Assembly: GCF_037042905.1 (NCBI RefSeq)
Contig: NC_087246.1
Coordinates: forward strand, 4,714,001 to 4,778,000
Direction of reading: 5' to 3'
Origin: Lytechinus pictus
Lineage: Eukaryota
DNA: 64,000 bases
Position 1 is the first letter of the stretch; each line of letters starts with the position of its first letter. The notes beneath the pieces are model-generated. The model was not told the origin of the DNA, ran no database searches, and saw only the letters and a list, made by a program, of their open reading frames with translations. Both the position numbers and the translations under genes were made by a program. Below, one piece after another: positions 11,101 through 23,817 of this stretch.

Positions 11101-13745
11101 TCCTCGCATGTGAAATATTTGGGTCACTTGAAAATGGCTATCTTACCTACCTATGGATGTTTCTGAATGCAGACTTAAGCCTCTCTATTCAGCTCCAAAT
11201 TCTTTCTCCTCTTTTTGCTGGATCATATCCTGGTGGGTCAGCGTCAAACTTGAATTTCACTGGTTCACATATACTTATCCAGTCCATTCTCGAAGCTGTG
11301 GACACTGGGTGCATAAACTAATGAATTACTTAGACTATTCCAAGGTTTCCTCATTCTTATGTAAAACAATTTCTTATCTTATCACCAAACGTGTGTTTTT
11401 TTAAACTATGGGAAAGTGGGAAAAATTACAAAAATCTCTAATCAGCTGTTTTGTAGGCACTCCCGCAAAAAAATAAACATAATTTTCTACTAAAAAACCC
11501 TTAAAGTATACATCCAAAGAATCAAAAGTATTTTATAATGACTTTATGTGGTCATCATTGTAAAGGGGAAGTATTACTAATCAGATATATAACTTCACTT
11601 TTCAAAATAGTGATCAGAGATTGCAGAAATCAGCTCTCAAAAATGATTTATTTTCATGCCATATTTCTGCCTTCCACCGGTCCTCTTGCGAGCTCCAGCT
11701 GAGTGACGTCACACAATGAGCAGTGAGCAGCTGAGCTGACAGCAGCCCATTGGAGACGATCTTTCCAATCAGCGTTTTTTGCTCTTAGAATTGTTTATTC
11801 CTCTTAAGATTGGTCTTGTTATATAGATAAAAGTTTGAATTTACTGAACAGTGAAAAAAAGTGCACATTTAACGTATTTTGGTGACCGATATTTAGCTTA
11901 GAATTTTTTTTTTTTTTTCAAGAAATATAGGTGAATAAACAAAGCATATTTTCACGTAGAAATCACACTTGCGTCACATTAATGTTATAGTCAATATAAA
12001 GCATAGACATTCTTCTTTATGACTGAACAAAAATTATGAAATTTCATTAAGTAGCAAAGTCAGGAATCACAAAAAAAACACGGCAATATCCATCGCGAAA
12101 TGACTGAAATTGCAGTTGAATTGCCGAAGCATTATTAGGAAACAGCGGCGAGCGGACTTTCTTTCATATATCTTAAAAATGCTTTCCTGATAGGGCGATG
12201 GTCTGTGGCCAAATGCGTTGGCCATTGTTTTGTCATGTGCGAGGACCCTGGTTCGAGACTCGGATTTTTTTTTTCTGGGTATTTTTTTTTAATTCCTTCC
12301 CCGTCCCTACCCATCTTTTTTTTCTCTTTTTATTTTCTTGTGAAATTCTATTCAGACCTGTATTTATCAAATCTTGCTTCTTAATTGCTGCTTTTGATTT
12401 TCAAGTTCTTGATTAGATTATTTCTACTCTTATTTGGGATGGGAGGGGTAGAGTTAAAAGTCAAGTCCACATCAACTAAAAATTATTTGAATAGAGTAAT
12501 TTCCCTTGTTGTTTTTACTCAAAACAGTCATATACACAAAACAATGATATGCAAATTAGAGTTGTCACTCACATCACATTCGTTTCTATTTTTTGTGGCA
12601 TTTTGTTTTTTATTCTTTGCAGATTTGACGATAGGAAACTCTTCATCTGATCACAATAGGTTATATTTACGGAACTGTTAAAATAGTAATTATATAAATT
12701 TGAATCAAAGTTTTTATGAAATTTCCTGCAATATCTTGTTATTTTTCTTTAAATTCAAATGAATTTTTGATTGCGTGGACTTCTCCTTTACTCTTAATGT
12801 AGGGAATGCATAGCAAAATTTATCCAGAAACAAAATTGTCTTAGAATATGCAAATCAGTAATTGGACACATGTTCACTTTTCTTTCATCCAGGCCACTTC
12901 CTCACATCCACCAGGCTTTCAGTCTTATAACAAAAATGATGAACCATCACACAACATTCACAGTGCTTCACAATAAATATTTCACTTCTGTTCATACATG
13001 CAATAAATATTGTGGAAAACAAATAAAAGGCGTACCCATATTCAAATACCGTTTAAAAGGACAAATATATTATACCTTTCGAGAAAAATCAGCACGTTAA
13101 ATATCTGATAACAAAACATAATTATGGGGCACTGCAAGAAACTTATGTTCAATTGCAAATCAAGCGTAAGTCTTAAATTCAAATTCAAGCGTAATAAGGT
13201 CGAGTTGCAATCGCAATTCAACTACATGTTTAATCAAAGGACTTTCCCTTGATTTGGGACGTGTGATTGAGTATAACATTTCTCGCAAAATGCCCTAGTA
13301 ACATTAAAATTGTTCTTTCGTTTTAAATTGTGTGTTATTATTTTTGACAAGCTGTATTCCTGTCCGAGTAAAATTTCTTAGTTCTCTCCAAAACTGTGCT
13401 CAAAATTGTTTCCAAGATTGATAAAGAAATTTTTTCTTTTGTATCATTATCATTCCACAACTTGCAAACCGTAGGTCCTGGAAAGAGTGAAGAAAAAAAT
13501 GGCTATATCCAAATCATAGTAAAAGGACATGATGGAATCTCCCAGATTGAGGTAGCAAGCAGAGACCAGAAGTCACCAGAGTTAGCAATTGTGCAGATCT
13601 GTGTGTAGAAGAGAGAAAAAAAGAAATAGTTTAAATAATCAAATCAAAGTATGAATTTAATTATCGTGATGATTGATGACGTGCGGTGGCATGTAATTCC
13701 CGGTCAACAACAAATGATAGTAGGTTTAGACACCTGAAAAGTTCC

Positions 13746-13936
13746 ACTCAGAACACTGGTGCTCTACCTCAAGTGATGTTTGTGTAGGCCCCACTCCACT
13801 TCACTACCGCTACACTACCGTACATGTACGCCACACCTACCCGGGTAAGTGTGTAGCGTAGTGTAGGCTGTAGCAGTACTCCAGTAGTGAAGTGGAGACT
13901 ACACGAACATCACTTGAGGTACGGTGCTCTCTGAGT
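13746..13936. repeat. Spacerless imperfect palindrome (foldback element)
   Basis: Arms tacctcaagtgatgtt...ctccacttcactac / gtagtgaagtggag...aacatcacttgaggta, centred on tacccgggta at 13838-13847. Confidence 0.85.
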
Positions 13937-14045
13937 CTCTGTGTCATTACAAAGATTGCATTTATCTTCATTGTTGAAGGCATTACGCATACATATATGC
14001 AGCAACACTCTAATCAGAAAGAAACACCAGACTCTAATTTTGGCC

Positions 14046-14246
14046 CACCCAAGGGTTCATTACATGCCGCCGCGCACAGAAAATTCAAGCAATAGAAGTC
14101 GTGGACCCAAGAAGTGAGATCCCAGCACGCGCGACCCACTAGTTAGAAATCCACTGCCAAACGCGGTTCGTGGTTAGTATACTAATACTAACCTCGCAAT
14201 ACGTACTAGTAGTATACTAATACTAACCTCGCAATACGTGTGAGTG
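14046..14246 (-). mobile_element. ~190-bp element with 9-bp TSD, copy 2 (inverted)
   Basis: Flanked by attttggcc on both sides. Confidence 0.85.
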
Positions 14247-14471
14247 ATTTTGGCCAGGAATCAGGGTAATCACTGCTGAAAATTTGTCTGGCTTCATGAC
14301 ATCGGCATCATGGTGATATAATTCTGTGTATAATAAAAACTTAAACATTCCTCTGAAACAGCAGATTTTCAGCCATGGTCCATACCACTCAGTGCTCCTA
14401 AATAATTTAATTGCCTGCCTGAGTCCTGACCAGTTTTAGAAATCTGAAGAAAAAATCTGCTGGAATTGTGC

Positions 14472-14659
14472 CACTCACACGTATTAAGTATACTAACCCC
14501 GCACCACGAACCGCGTTTGGCAGTGGATTTCTAACTAGTGGGTCGCGCGTGCTTAGCCTGGAGGCGTCTGGGATCTCACTTCTTGGGTCCACAACACACG
14601 ACTTCTATGGCTTGATTTTTCTGTGCGTGGCGGCATGTAATGAACCCTTGCCTTGGGTG
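14472..14659 (+). mobile_element. ~190-bp element with 9-bp TSD, copy 3
   Basis: Flanked by gaattgtgc / gaattgtac (one mismatch). Confidence 0.85.
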
Positions 14660-15855
14660 GAATTGTACAAAAACATTATTTCTAAAATAAAAACTTTTTA
14701 ATTTTAATAGTAGTTATGCCAAAATGCATGATTCTAAACTTATATCAGATCTGTATCTGTCATCTGACCTGAATGCATCGTCAGAACAAGTACAGTTTCC
14801 AAACATGCTTACCTTGACTTTTGACTGGATCAAACAGCGTAGCCTGCAACATGCATCGGGAGCAAGTGAATGGGACCGTGCAGCTTGGAGTTTTTCAATA
14901 GTTAGTAGAGCAACACAACGAAGACTGTCGAGTGGACAAAATCGATCTTTCCAGTTCACAATTCAATAAAAAACGGGCAAAATAACACAGTTCTGGTTCC
15001 CTTATAGTCTGAAGTTGTCGAAAACAGAATTCGGATGTCACATTACATGAAGAAAATGGTAAATTCGGAAGATATTGAAGAGGTCAGTAAGGTGATTCAG
15101 TGTATTATGCACAGAGGGATGATGAGCTCGATTATTGTGTGACGTCATTATTCTCGACTGTTTTCACTGCGTGAACTGTCGGTCTGGGGGGCGGCTGGGG
15201 GGCTTAGAATGGTCTCTAATAATTTCATTTCTTGCATTTCCACGACATCGATAAGACTTTTTAGTGACATATTTGTGTATAAAAAGACAAGACCTTTCCA
15301 TTCATATATAATTTGTCTATAATCATCACTTTCGTGAATTTTCTTTGTGTGTATACTTTAACTTAAAATATTTGTTACTAGCATTATTATCTACTTTGCT
15401 CAAAACTCACCTGGAATGGAAATGTCCTAAAAAGTGAAAAATAAGGCTTAAATTCTCCATAAAATGTGCATGAAATGCATGTACTGTACATGCACTGTAG
15501 ACTCATAACTAAAAATAGGCACTGCCAATAGCAAGCCTATGAAAGTATGTTTATGCTGTCCTGGGACTGTGTTCTAATCCCGGATGAGCCATGGAAACAT
15601 ATCACATTGATAGACAATCAACTCGGCTACCAGAAAATGTGTAGATGCCGGACGTTTTATCCAATATCTCATGTTTTAATTTGAACGTTACCATGGTAAC
15701 AGTGCTTGTCAGCTGATCAAAATCAAGAAAAGTTGTCAGATCTGACTATTGTCAGATCACATATGTTAATAAAATGTTCCCAAGATTTTATGGTGAATTT
15801 TTATACCCCTATATAGAGTTTGACTAATGACCACTCTGTATTTTCCTTTGAACAG

Positions 15856-15926
15856 TCTTTGGACGAGCCATTCATTGTCTTTCCAAAGTTGGGGAAGATC
15901 TGTATATGGAACCATTGGAGACAGGT
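15856..15926 (+). CDS. RAD9: RAD9 exon 2
   Basis: (V)FGRAIHCLSKVGEDLYMEPLETG; aacag acceptor, gtaagt donor. Confidence 0.93.
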
Positions 15927-16051
15927 GTAAGTATATACTATCTGGTATTCACAGCTAAGAATAATTAAAGATTCTCCAAATAGCTATATGTAAGCTGATA
16001 TTCTTGCCGTGTTGTTATTTTTGCTTATTTTAGGAGTCCAATATCACTTAA

Positions 16052-17066
16052 CCCTAATACTACCGTGGGAGGGGGGGGGCCAGTATGACCCCACCCCCCT
16101 GTCAAATTTTTGTCGGTACTTCCTAACGCCTAAATATTTCAAAACAAAATTTCATGACTTTTTTCTCTGATCCTTCCCGCACCTTTCGATACCAAATTTA
16201 TGGCGATCGAATCTACCGTGCAGGTGTCAGATTACGTTTACCGAACACATGTCACTGAAAATTTACTATTTCTCCATATGACTGTATAAAACCCTATGGA
16301 CAAAATCAGGAGCTTTTCCAATTTATGTATACTATTCTAGTAAGTATCATCATTGTTTAAAATAGTGTAAATAATTACCACACACACACACACTCTCATG
16401 CACCCCCTCATAATAGTGGCATACGCAGGGGGTGGTTACAGGTGTTCATCCCCCTCCTTAAATGTTTTTAATACCCAAAACCTCCCCCCCCCCCTGAAAA
16501 ATTGTTGAAGACTTATTTTGTTTTTTGCATGTCAATTTTTTTGAGGTACAAAACGACCTAAAATTTGTGGTGAAGACCTTTATTTTAATTTTTTGGGGGT
16601 TGTCAACACTTCTTTCAGTTTGAAAACCCCCTTCTTAAAAAATCCTGCATACGCCTCAGTTCACACACAAACGCATCTGAAAAAACGCTTAACGGAAAAC
16701 AAAGAAATACATAAGAGAATTGAAAAACAAGAAAATACATTAATAATTACCACAAGCTATCTTTTTCTTTCAGGAATTAATGAGGGAGTTATGAAAGACA
16801 TTTGTACTAAACATTGCTATCCCTGAGGCTTTATTTAGTGAGAAATACCAAAATCTATGATTTCTCGCATAAATCAATTAATAAAAAATGAATAAAAGGA
16901 CTTTCGTATATTTAGCTATATAACTTTGTAGATTACAGAATTCTTGACCCTTGTGCAAAATTTTGAGGCAACCGGGCAACCCATGGCTGAGATCTGGGGG
17001 GGGGGGGGACCATAATGGCCCCTCCCTGGTAATAACAAGCTTTGAAATACCCCGGGAGTATTAGGG
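16052..17066. mobile_element. piggyBac-type MITE with a nested hAT-like insert (~16414-16660)
   Basis: ttaa|ccctaatact...agtattaggg|ttaa; the inner element has ggcatacgcagg / cctgcatacgcc ends. Confidence 0.8.
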
Positions 17067-17271
17067 TTAAAAACTTTCTGCAAGTAGCTATTGCTGCAGA
17101 TGAAAACAAACTAGATTAGAAAAATGTTTAAAAGTCATAAAACTTTATTCTACTTGCTTTACTGAAGAACAACTGAAAAAATTGTCAAATTTCCCATGAG
17201 AGCTGACACAGCCTTTACCTCAAGTACAATCTATGATATGAAATTTGTTTTCTTTATCTCTCTTGTTTCAG

Positions 17272-17424
17272 TTGGCATTACGAGCAGTTAACTCTTCTCG
17301 GTCAGCTTATTCCTGCTTCTTGTTCAGTCCAAGTTTCTTTCTTCGCTATGACGATAGGATAGATACCCCATCTCAAGCCTCCCAGGATGCTGAAGAGACT
17401 ACCAGATGGAGAGTCACAATGAAG
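17272..17424 (+). CDS. RAD9: RAD9 exon 3
   Basis: LALRAVNSSRSAYSCFLFSPSFF...VTMK, with the hallmark VNSSRSAY motif; ttcag acceptor, gtaaaa donor. Confidence 0.95.
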
Positions 17425-17733
17425 GTAAAAATAGTTTTTCAAAATGGGAACTACCGGTAAGAATTTATAATGCTTTCCCTATCCAAAAGTGTCTTCAACA
17501 CTCTTGAGAGTTGATACATGCACTTATGAACGTTGTGATTATTTCTATTGTTATTATGTTGTTTTCAATATCGTTTACATCCATTGATGAAATTACCTCT
17601 ATTTTTTGTTTAATTTTAATATAAAAAGGTAATCACCTAATTTTCAGGGATATCTTCTCATTGAAACTTCTTTTCAGTCTGTTGATGGATTGTACAAATT
17701 TGCATCTAACTTCAAATATTTCTTCTTTGTCAG

Positions 17734-17848
17734 TCCTGTTTAGCAGTCTTCAAATCATTGTCTAATCTAGAGAAGAATGTAGACAGATGTAACATTAATC
17801 TTGATGCCGAGGATTGCCGACTTGTCTTTCAGCTTCACTGCAGACATG
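17734..17848 (+). CDS. RAD9: RAD9 exon 4
   Basis: SCLAVFKSLSNLEKNVDRCNINLDAEDCRLVFQLHCRH(G); gtcag acceptor, gtaaga donor. Confidence 0.94.
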
Positions 17849-17960
17849 GTAAGAACAATCTCTTATATCTTTCAAAGATGATTTCATAGACCCTGTAACC
17901 TATTCTCAGCTTATGATTAGATGGAACTTACCAAGGTGCTGTAAAAATTGTTCTTGACAG

Positions 17961-18060
17961 GTATTGTGAAGACCTACAACTTAGTCTACCAAGAAACAGA
18001 GACCCTTCAAGCAGTCTTCTCCAAAGACCTCTGTCCAAACAGGATTACTGCTCCAGCAAA
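17961..18060 (+). CDS. RAD9: RAD9 exon 5
   Basis: (G)IVKTYNLVYQETETLQAVFSKDLCPNRITAPA(K); gacag acceptor, gttagt donor. Confidence 0.93.
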
Positions 18061-18419
18061 GTTAGTATTTTACAACTAGGAATTTGGATCTGTCAAAACA
18101 CTTTTAATATGAGGTCTTGATCGGTGATAAAAGGGCTATTACTCTACCATTTTCTTCATCATTATCATCATCATCATCACCCTCCTCCTCCTCCTTTTCC
18201 CCTCCTCCTCACCCTCTTCCCCTCCTCTTAATTATGACTTTAAAATGCGGTATATCAGAATGTATTGTTGTGGTGTGATTACTGTTTATGTAAGCTCTAT
18301 TAAATGCAAGGATTTCGATATTCAGGATCATCTAAGTGATTGCTGTGGCTGTATTTAAAGTGATTGTCTTCCTCATGTTGTATTTCCCATTTACAACATG
18401 TTTAATGTATTATCTTTAG

Positions 18420-18526
18420 ATTACTAGCAGAGGCAGTAGGAAGCTTCCAGTCATCTCAAGAAGAAGTCACTATGTTTGTCACCCCTACACAGCTTGGTTA
18501 CAAGAACTATGTTGATGATGAACCAG
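18420..18526 (+). CDS. RAD9: RAD9 exon 6
   Basis: LLAEAVGSFQSSQEEVTMFVTPTQLGYKNYVDDEP; tttag acceptor, gtaatt donor; phase consistent. Confidence 0.92.
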
Positions 18527-18607
18527 GTAATTATATTTAAGCTAATGTTGAGTAGTTGCAGAGAATCAAGATTAAATTGTTACCATGTCGTTATAGATCT
18601 ACATTAA

Positions 18608-19545
18608 AAGGGTACTCGAGTCCGAAAATAATATGATTTAAACCGATAAATAAATTCACACAGACAATTCCATTAAAATTTCATCAAAAATCGGACATGT
18701 AATAAAGTCATTGCATACTAGCTTTGTATTATTTATTTCGGTAAAACAGTTCTATGATTGACCTCGTGAATTGCCAATGGGCAAGCTGATGATGTATTTT
18801 ATCATAGGAAATTACATTTATTCAATTTTTGTCTGGACACCAAGAATGAAAAAAAATTGGATTGGCAACTGATTTAATGCATAAGATATTCATTGTTGCA
18901 ACTTATTTAGTTACAAGGGAGATGTATCATACGCACCTGTACAGTGTCTTAGCTAGACCCATTTTAGTGGTGGTTGCTATTTCATAGCTTTACAAAGTTT
19001 CTTTCAGGCTGAGTTAGTGGTCTTAAGCCAAAAGTGAAGGAACATTAATGTAATAGCAATCTGACATTAGCAAATCTTTGAAAATAAATTAATATTTATC
19101 AAATATAAGAATGTTTAGTGTAAATAAAACAAGATTGAGGATGGAAATGAACACAAGTGCAATTCCTCTCTGCAAGGAATTAGTTTCGAATGATTTCATT
19201 TGAAATTAGTGGTGGACGGAAGCAATGCTTTTCATGATGAGTGGTGGTCAGAAATCTTCTGTGCTGGTTGGGCCCGACCACTGCCATCCACTGTAGCTAT
19301 AAAGACAGCACCTGTATAATATCAAATAATTATGATTTCATATAATAACATAGAAAAAAAGGAAAATGAGAACCTTTCATCATCAGCCACCTAATGTATA
19401 TTCATGAAGGCTTGCATATAGCTGTTTCCTCAAATTTTATAAATTTGTTATTTGTTATCATATTTTGATGAAATTTTCAGCATTTTGTTTGGTGAATTTT
19501 ACTCTTTTTATTTAGATATAATTATTTTCAGCCTGGAGTACCCCT
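18608..19545. mobile_element. Kolobok-like MITE interrupted by a hAT-like element (18942-19308)
   Basis: Ends agggtactc / gagtacccct; the inner element cagtgtcttagcta... is flanked by the 8-bp TSD cacctgta. Confidence 0.75.
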
Positions 19546-19913
19546 CTAAGTAAGTTTACCAACTTTACCTTAAGCTATGTAAATTCATTAAATCTACTTA
19601 GATAAATAAAATATGAGCACCCTAAATATTGCCATCACAGATAAGCATGTGGAGCAACATGTATTATTATTGATTTAGGCCTGTCACCTGGCAAATTTGA
19701 TATTTATTTTCTTCTTTTGTGCAGAAATAGGAATTTGAGATAGATTGCAATTTAAGTTGGATTTGAATTTCTTGCAACTCTTTGTAAAACCTTGCCCAGT
19801 TGTTAATCATTGCATAAAAGTCACCACTGTTAATTCACTGTATTAACACAAATAAGCTTCTTACTGGACAATTAAGTGCAGTAATTTCTCCTGTTTCGTC
19901 TGTATCTTCACAG

Positions 19914-20020
19914 ATCCAACCAAAGTGGTACATTCTGAACTGCGTCTTGTACCTGAGGAGTTTACAGAGTATCTCATTGGAGTAGATACAGAAGTCACAT
20001 TCTCTCTCAAAGACCTCAGG
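19914..20020 (+). CDS. RAD9: RAD9 exon 7
   Basis: (D)PTKVVHSELRLVPEEFTEYLIGVDTEVTFSLKDLR; cacag acceptor, gtgagt donor. Confidence 0.93.
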
Positions 20021-20753
20021 GTGAGTGAATAATTTTCTTGAATCAGCACTCATTTGATGTCATCATACCTTCACTTCAGCTCACCTGCTGGAAGTACATC
20101 TCTTCATTATCTTTCCAGAGGACTACTTTATTTCAGTAAAATCCTTAAATTTGAAGCACTTTACTGTTACTTTGTCATACTATGGACTCACAACTATCTG
20201 AGATTAATAACTTGTTAGTACTGAAAGCTTCTGAAAACTATTTTCATGTCTTGTAGTCCTGTTGCTGTCTAGTCATAATGCATGTTAGCATGTTGTGTAT
20301 CCAGGGCCAAATAATGAAAAATATAAAAGCAGAGCCAATGATCACACCGAATGCGGGTACCCAGATAGTGAACCAAGCGGAAGGTTAATTATTTTGGCCC
20401 TTAGAAGCACAAGCAAAGATACATAGTTTGTTTTCTACAACAGATGGATGTTTCCCAATACACTTACATGTACTAATGAGCTACTCTAAAATCGAAGTAC
20501 TTGTTGAATTGTTTCGGAACCAAATCAATCAGATCACATACCATTCTTGGAAGCTGTACAATATTGTGTTGCCATGGATGTTTTTGCTTTCTTCCAGAAA
20601 TGTCCTACCTCCTTTGATGTTATATTCTGATGTCATAGCCTATTTTGTTATTATCAGTGAGGTAATAACCTGTTTTGTAACCTAGGTACAGATCCTATAA
20701 TATTCGTTTTGAATATGATATGTGTAATAAATTATTTTTCCTCATACCTTCAG

Positions 20754-20818
20754 GCAATCCTGTCATTCTCTGATGCTGCTGGCCTTCCACTGTCTGTTCA
20801 CTTTGAAACACCAGGAAA
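20754..20818 (+). CDS. RAD9: RAD9 exon 8
   Basis: AILSFSDAAGLPLSVHFETPG(K); ttcag acceptor, gtaagt donor. Confidence 0.93.
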
Positions 20819-21221
20819 GTAAGTTAAAGTATCATTTTCTTTTCTGGAAAATGCTCTTCCTGGTTAAGTTTTGGTCTACTTTGCCTACTTATCAATAAAT
20901 CATTGAGTTTCATGAACTTGAGATAGCCTTTATCTCCAAACATTTTGTGTAGTGTGATTTAGGCTTGAGTTTCTCTTAAGCATTTGAAATTGTTAATTTA
21001 ACCATTGCGAACAGCTTGTTTTGAACAATTTAGATGAAACTTTGAAACAAGCCCAGCCTGGTAAGGGTTAATAACTAAATTAAAAAAAATCTATATGATA
21101 TCAATCAGGTAGGACTATGGAAATAAGATTACCAAGCAAGATTTCTAATTTCAAAAAAAATTATTGGCTTGTAAATGTTACAATCCCATTGCGTGGGTGT
21201 GCCATTTTGTTGGTCTATTTG

Positions 21222-21966
21222 CGACTCGTATCATGTTATCATTTACTTCCTTAAACAAGTTTTAGTGGAAACAAGTTTAACGTGTAGTGGGAAAGCTTGA
21301 AGCGGTCTTGGAAGTGATTTCAACCAGTTTGGAAATCCACCTTGCAATGCAGTATTCAAGACCGCTTTGCCTTGTTAAACTGGTTAAAACGAAGGAAAGA
21401 AACACCCAGGCCCCGTCTTACAAAGAATTATGATTGATCCGATCAATCGTAACTCTATGGAAATCCATCAGTGTCATAAATTTTTCTAAGAAAAATTTGC
21501 ACAATGTCCTTTGTATGCAAAGAGAAGTGCAGTGAATTTTGAAGAAAATGGTGAATGCATGAATACACATCATAGCAAGAAAATATTTTGAACAAACATG
21601 CATAATAGATGTTGACGTTGCTGGCCGTCCATAGTTGCGATTGATCGGATCAATCGTAACTCTTTGTAAGACGGGGCCCAGGTCTTCCCTTAGCGATCTT
21701 CATACAGAAGTACAATAGGGTGTGCATGTTTGTCATGCTACTCAGTAAAGACGCTGTGTAGAATACTGATGATTGAGCCTGTGCTGCAATTTAAATATTT
21801 GCTTGAAACATGTAACCTCATAGCAACAATACAACTTTACATGAAGTAGACCTGGAAACCAGTTCAAGAGATAGTGATGAAAATGCTAGCCAAGCAATCT
21901 TTTAAACTGGTTTCCTAAATTGGTTTAAAAGAAACCAGATCAAGACAGAAGATGGGAATGGGTTCT
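21222..21966 (-). mobile_element. MITE family copy (also ~43896-44108 and ~63061-63479) with a nested MITE
   Basis: Shared motifs aaaccagtt, aagatcactt and gtagtgagaacgg between copies; boundaries approximate. Confidence 0.6.
21409..21678. mobile_element. MITE with ~45-bp TIR (Harbinger-like, probable CAG TSD)
   Basis: ggccccgtcttacaaaga...tctttgtaagacggggcc; decayed relative near 58790-59035. Confidence 0.8.
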
Positions 21967-22390
21967 TCATTACCCAGCTGTAGTTCTAAGACAGAGAGTC
22001 GCAAACAGACAGAACAAAATGGTTACCCCCCCCCCCCATACAACAGGATGATAAAGTTATGAGCGAGAGCTATGGTCTGGTAAATTTAAACAAGAAAGTT
22101 GAGAAATCCTCTTTATTTCCATAATTCTACTCCATTGAGTAAAGGTTTTGAATATGTGTATGTATCATGTAAAAATAATGATATATTGATCTGGATAAGA
22201 AAATAAGTCCTAAATTGGGTGGTATATATATACACAGTCTTTGGTGACACTTAATTTGTTATGCATTTTTTCCTATTTCACCTGTCAGTGGTCTAAAAAA
22301 GTTCTATAACTTGGCCCTATGAACTAGCAAACATCCAGTTCTAAGAGTTATTTCTTTCTACTTTCCTCTCTCTATACTTGTCATGACCAG

Positions 22391-22567
22391 ACCCATTGTA
22401 TTCAGTGTAGAGTCTGAGCAGACATTAGAGGCTACATTTGTTCTGGCTACCTTGACTGAAGTGTCCAGTAGTCAAGTGACCGGTGCCTCCCAGCAGGCCA
22501 GAGCAAGTCAAGCTGCTCCAGTCAATCCTCAGCAGAGACACAAAAAGAAGAATAATCCTAGGAAAAG
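22391..22567 (+). CDS. RAD9: RAD9 exon 9 (end of PCNA-like ring, start of tail)
   Basis: PIVFSVESEQTLEATFVLATL (conserved FVLATL) followed by an SQ-rich, basic tail; accag acceptor, gtatgt donor. Confidence 0.92.
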
Positions 22568-22762
22568 GTATGTCATTTTAAAAAAATGTATACCACAGGT
22601 GCATTTAATGAGTATAGAGCATATAACTATGACTGGTTAAAAAGTATCACAAATTTTAGTTTTACTGGATGGTATAATAAACTGAGCAATGGTAGACTTT
22701 ATGAAATTATTGCAAAATGAATATACTTGATACATGTGTGAGTGGTAGAAGTCATTAGAATT

Positions 22763-23497
22763 CTCGCTACCCCAAATAGCGATTTCGCCGAGATCCGGGA
22801 AAATCCCTGTAACGCGCATTGCATTATGGGATAGCTTTTCGGTATTACAACTTCCTGTTCGGAAGTCCAATGCACTGTTTTGCCATTCAGATCAACACTG
22901 CCGTCATGCACAACAACACAACGTCGCTTTCGCTCGGAAAGTTCGTGATCACAACCCTCTCTTTCACGATACAGTTTAACGGCCTTTTCTGCTAAAGTCA
23001 CTTATTCTGCCCGACGCTTTCCATTGCACGGTATTTCTCTGTCAGTTAAGATTTTTTAAGTTCCGAAACTGATTTTTTTATCCATTTTGTGGTCGACGAA
23101 AAATTGAACGGAATGAATGCTGTATATATTTAGCGTCTTGTCGAATACGATCGTGATGTCAGGCCGGTCGCTAAATGCAAAATTTTAAGATATTCATTTT
23201 TTGTTTACTTTTTTATAACCAAATAAAAACATGAATAAAAATTATTTTCACGTGAAATATATTTTTTATTTTTATTTATAATTCAAATGGAATCAAAACT
23301 GACCAAATGAAATAAAAAGTATTATAATCAGTACATATTACGCTGATTGGCATCGATTTCAGCGTGGTGGAAAACTCAGTATCGCGGACCTCGCGCGAAC
23401 ATGACTCTGAACCGGAAGTGGTGATGACGACCCAACGGAGTGAAAATTATCTTGTCTCGCGCATTATGAGATTTTTGTTCCTATTTGGGGTAGCGAG
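22763..23497. mobile_element. TIR element flanked by AATT (possibly Sola1-type)
   Basis: aatt|ctcgctaccccaaatag...ctatttggggtagcgag|aatt; CpG-rich interior. Confidence 0.8.
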
Positions 23498-23817
23498 AAT
23501 TGAATACACATAGGTGATGAGTGATTAGTTTTCAAAGGGTGGGATTGGATTCAATAAAAAAATAACTTCAATTCAATTCATTTGTCATATGTCAATTTGC
23601 ATGGACATGCAGAGGAACAACAGCCCTTTGGACTTAAAGGATGTAGCTTGCATATACAAATGTTGTCTAGAATTTCACCTTTTGCTTGAAAAGTCTTCTG
23701 CATTTTTTTAAATGTTTGTTTGAGTCTTGCAAATGACCATTATAGATTACATGTCTGTCAGATATTGTTATTCTTGGCAAGTTTTTTTTTTCTTATGGTG
23801 TCCGTATTTTATTTTAG

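Larger units (their letters stand above)
11505..15357. mobile_element. ~3.85-kb TTAA-flanked (Kolobok-like) element with several nested inserts
   Basis: ttaa|agtatacatccaaaga ... tctttgtgtgtatact|ttaa. Confidence 0.65.

Noticed and set aside
22699..23001. 100-aa ORF as a host gene
   Set aside because: Lies mostly inside a TIR element and runs across its boundary; at most a truncated transposon ORF.
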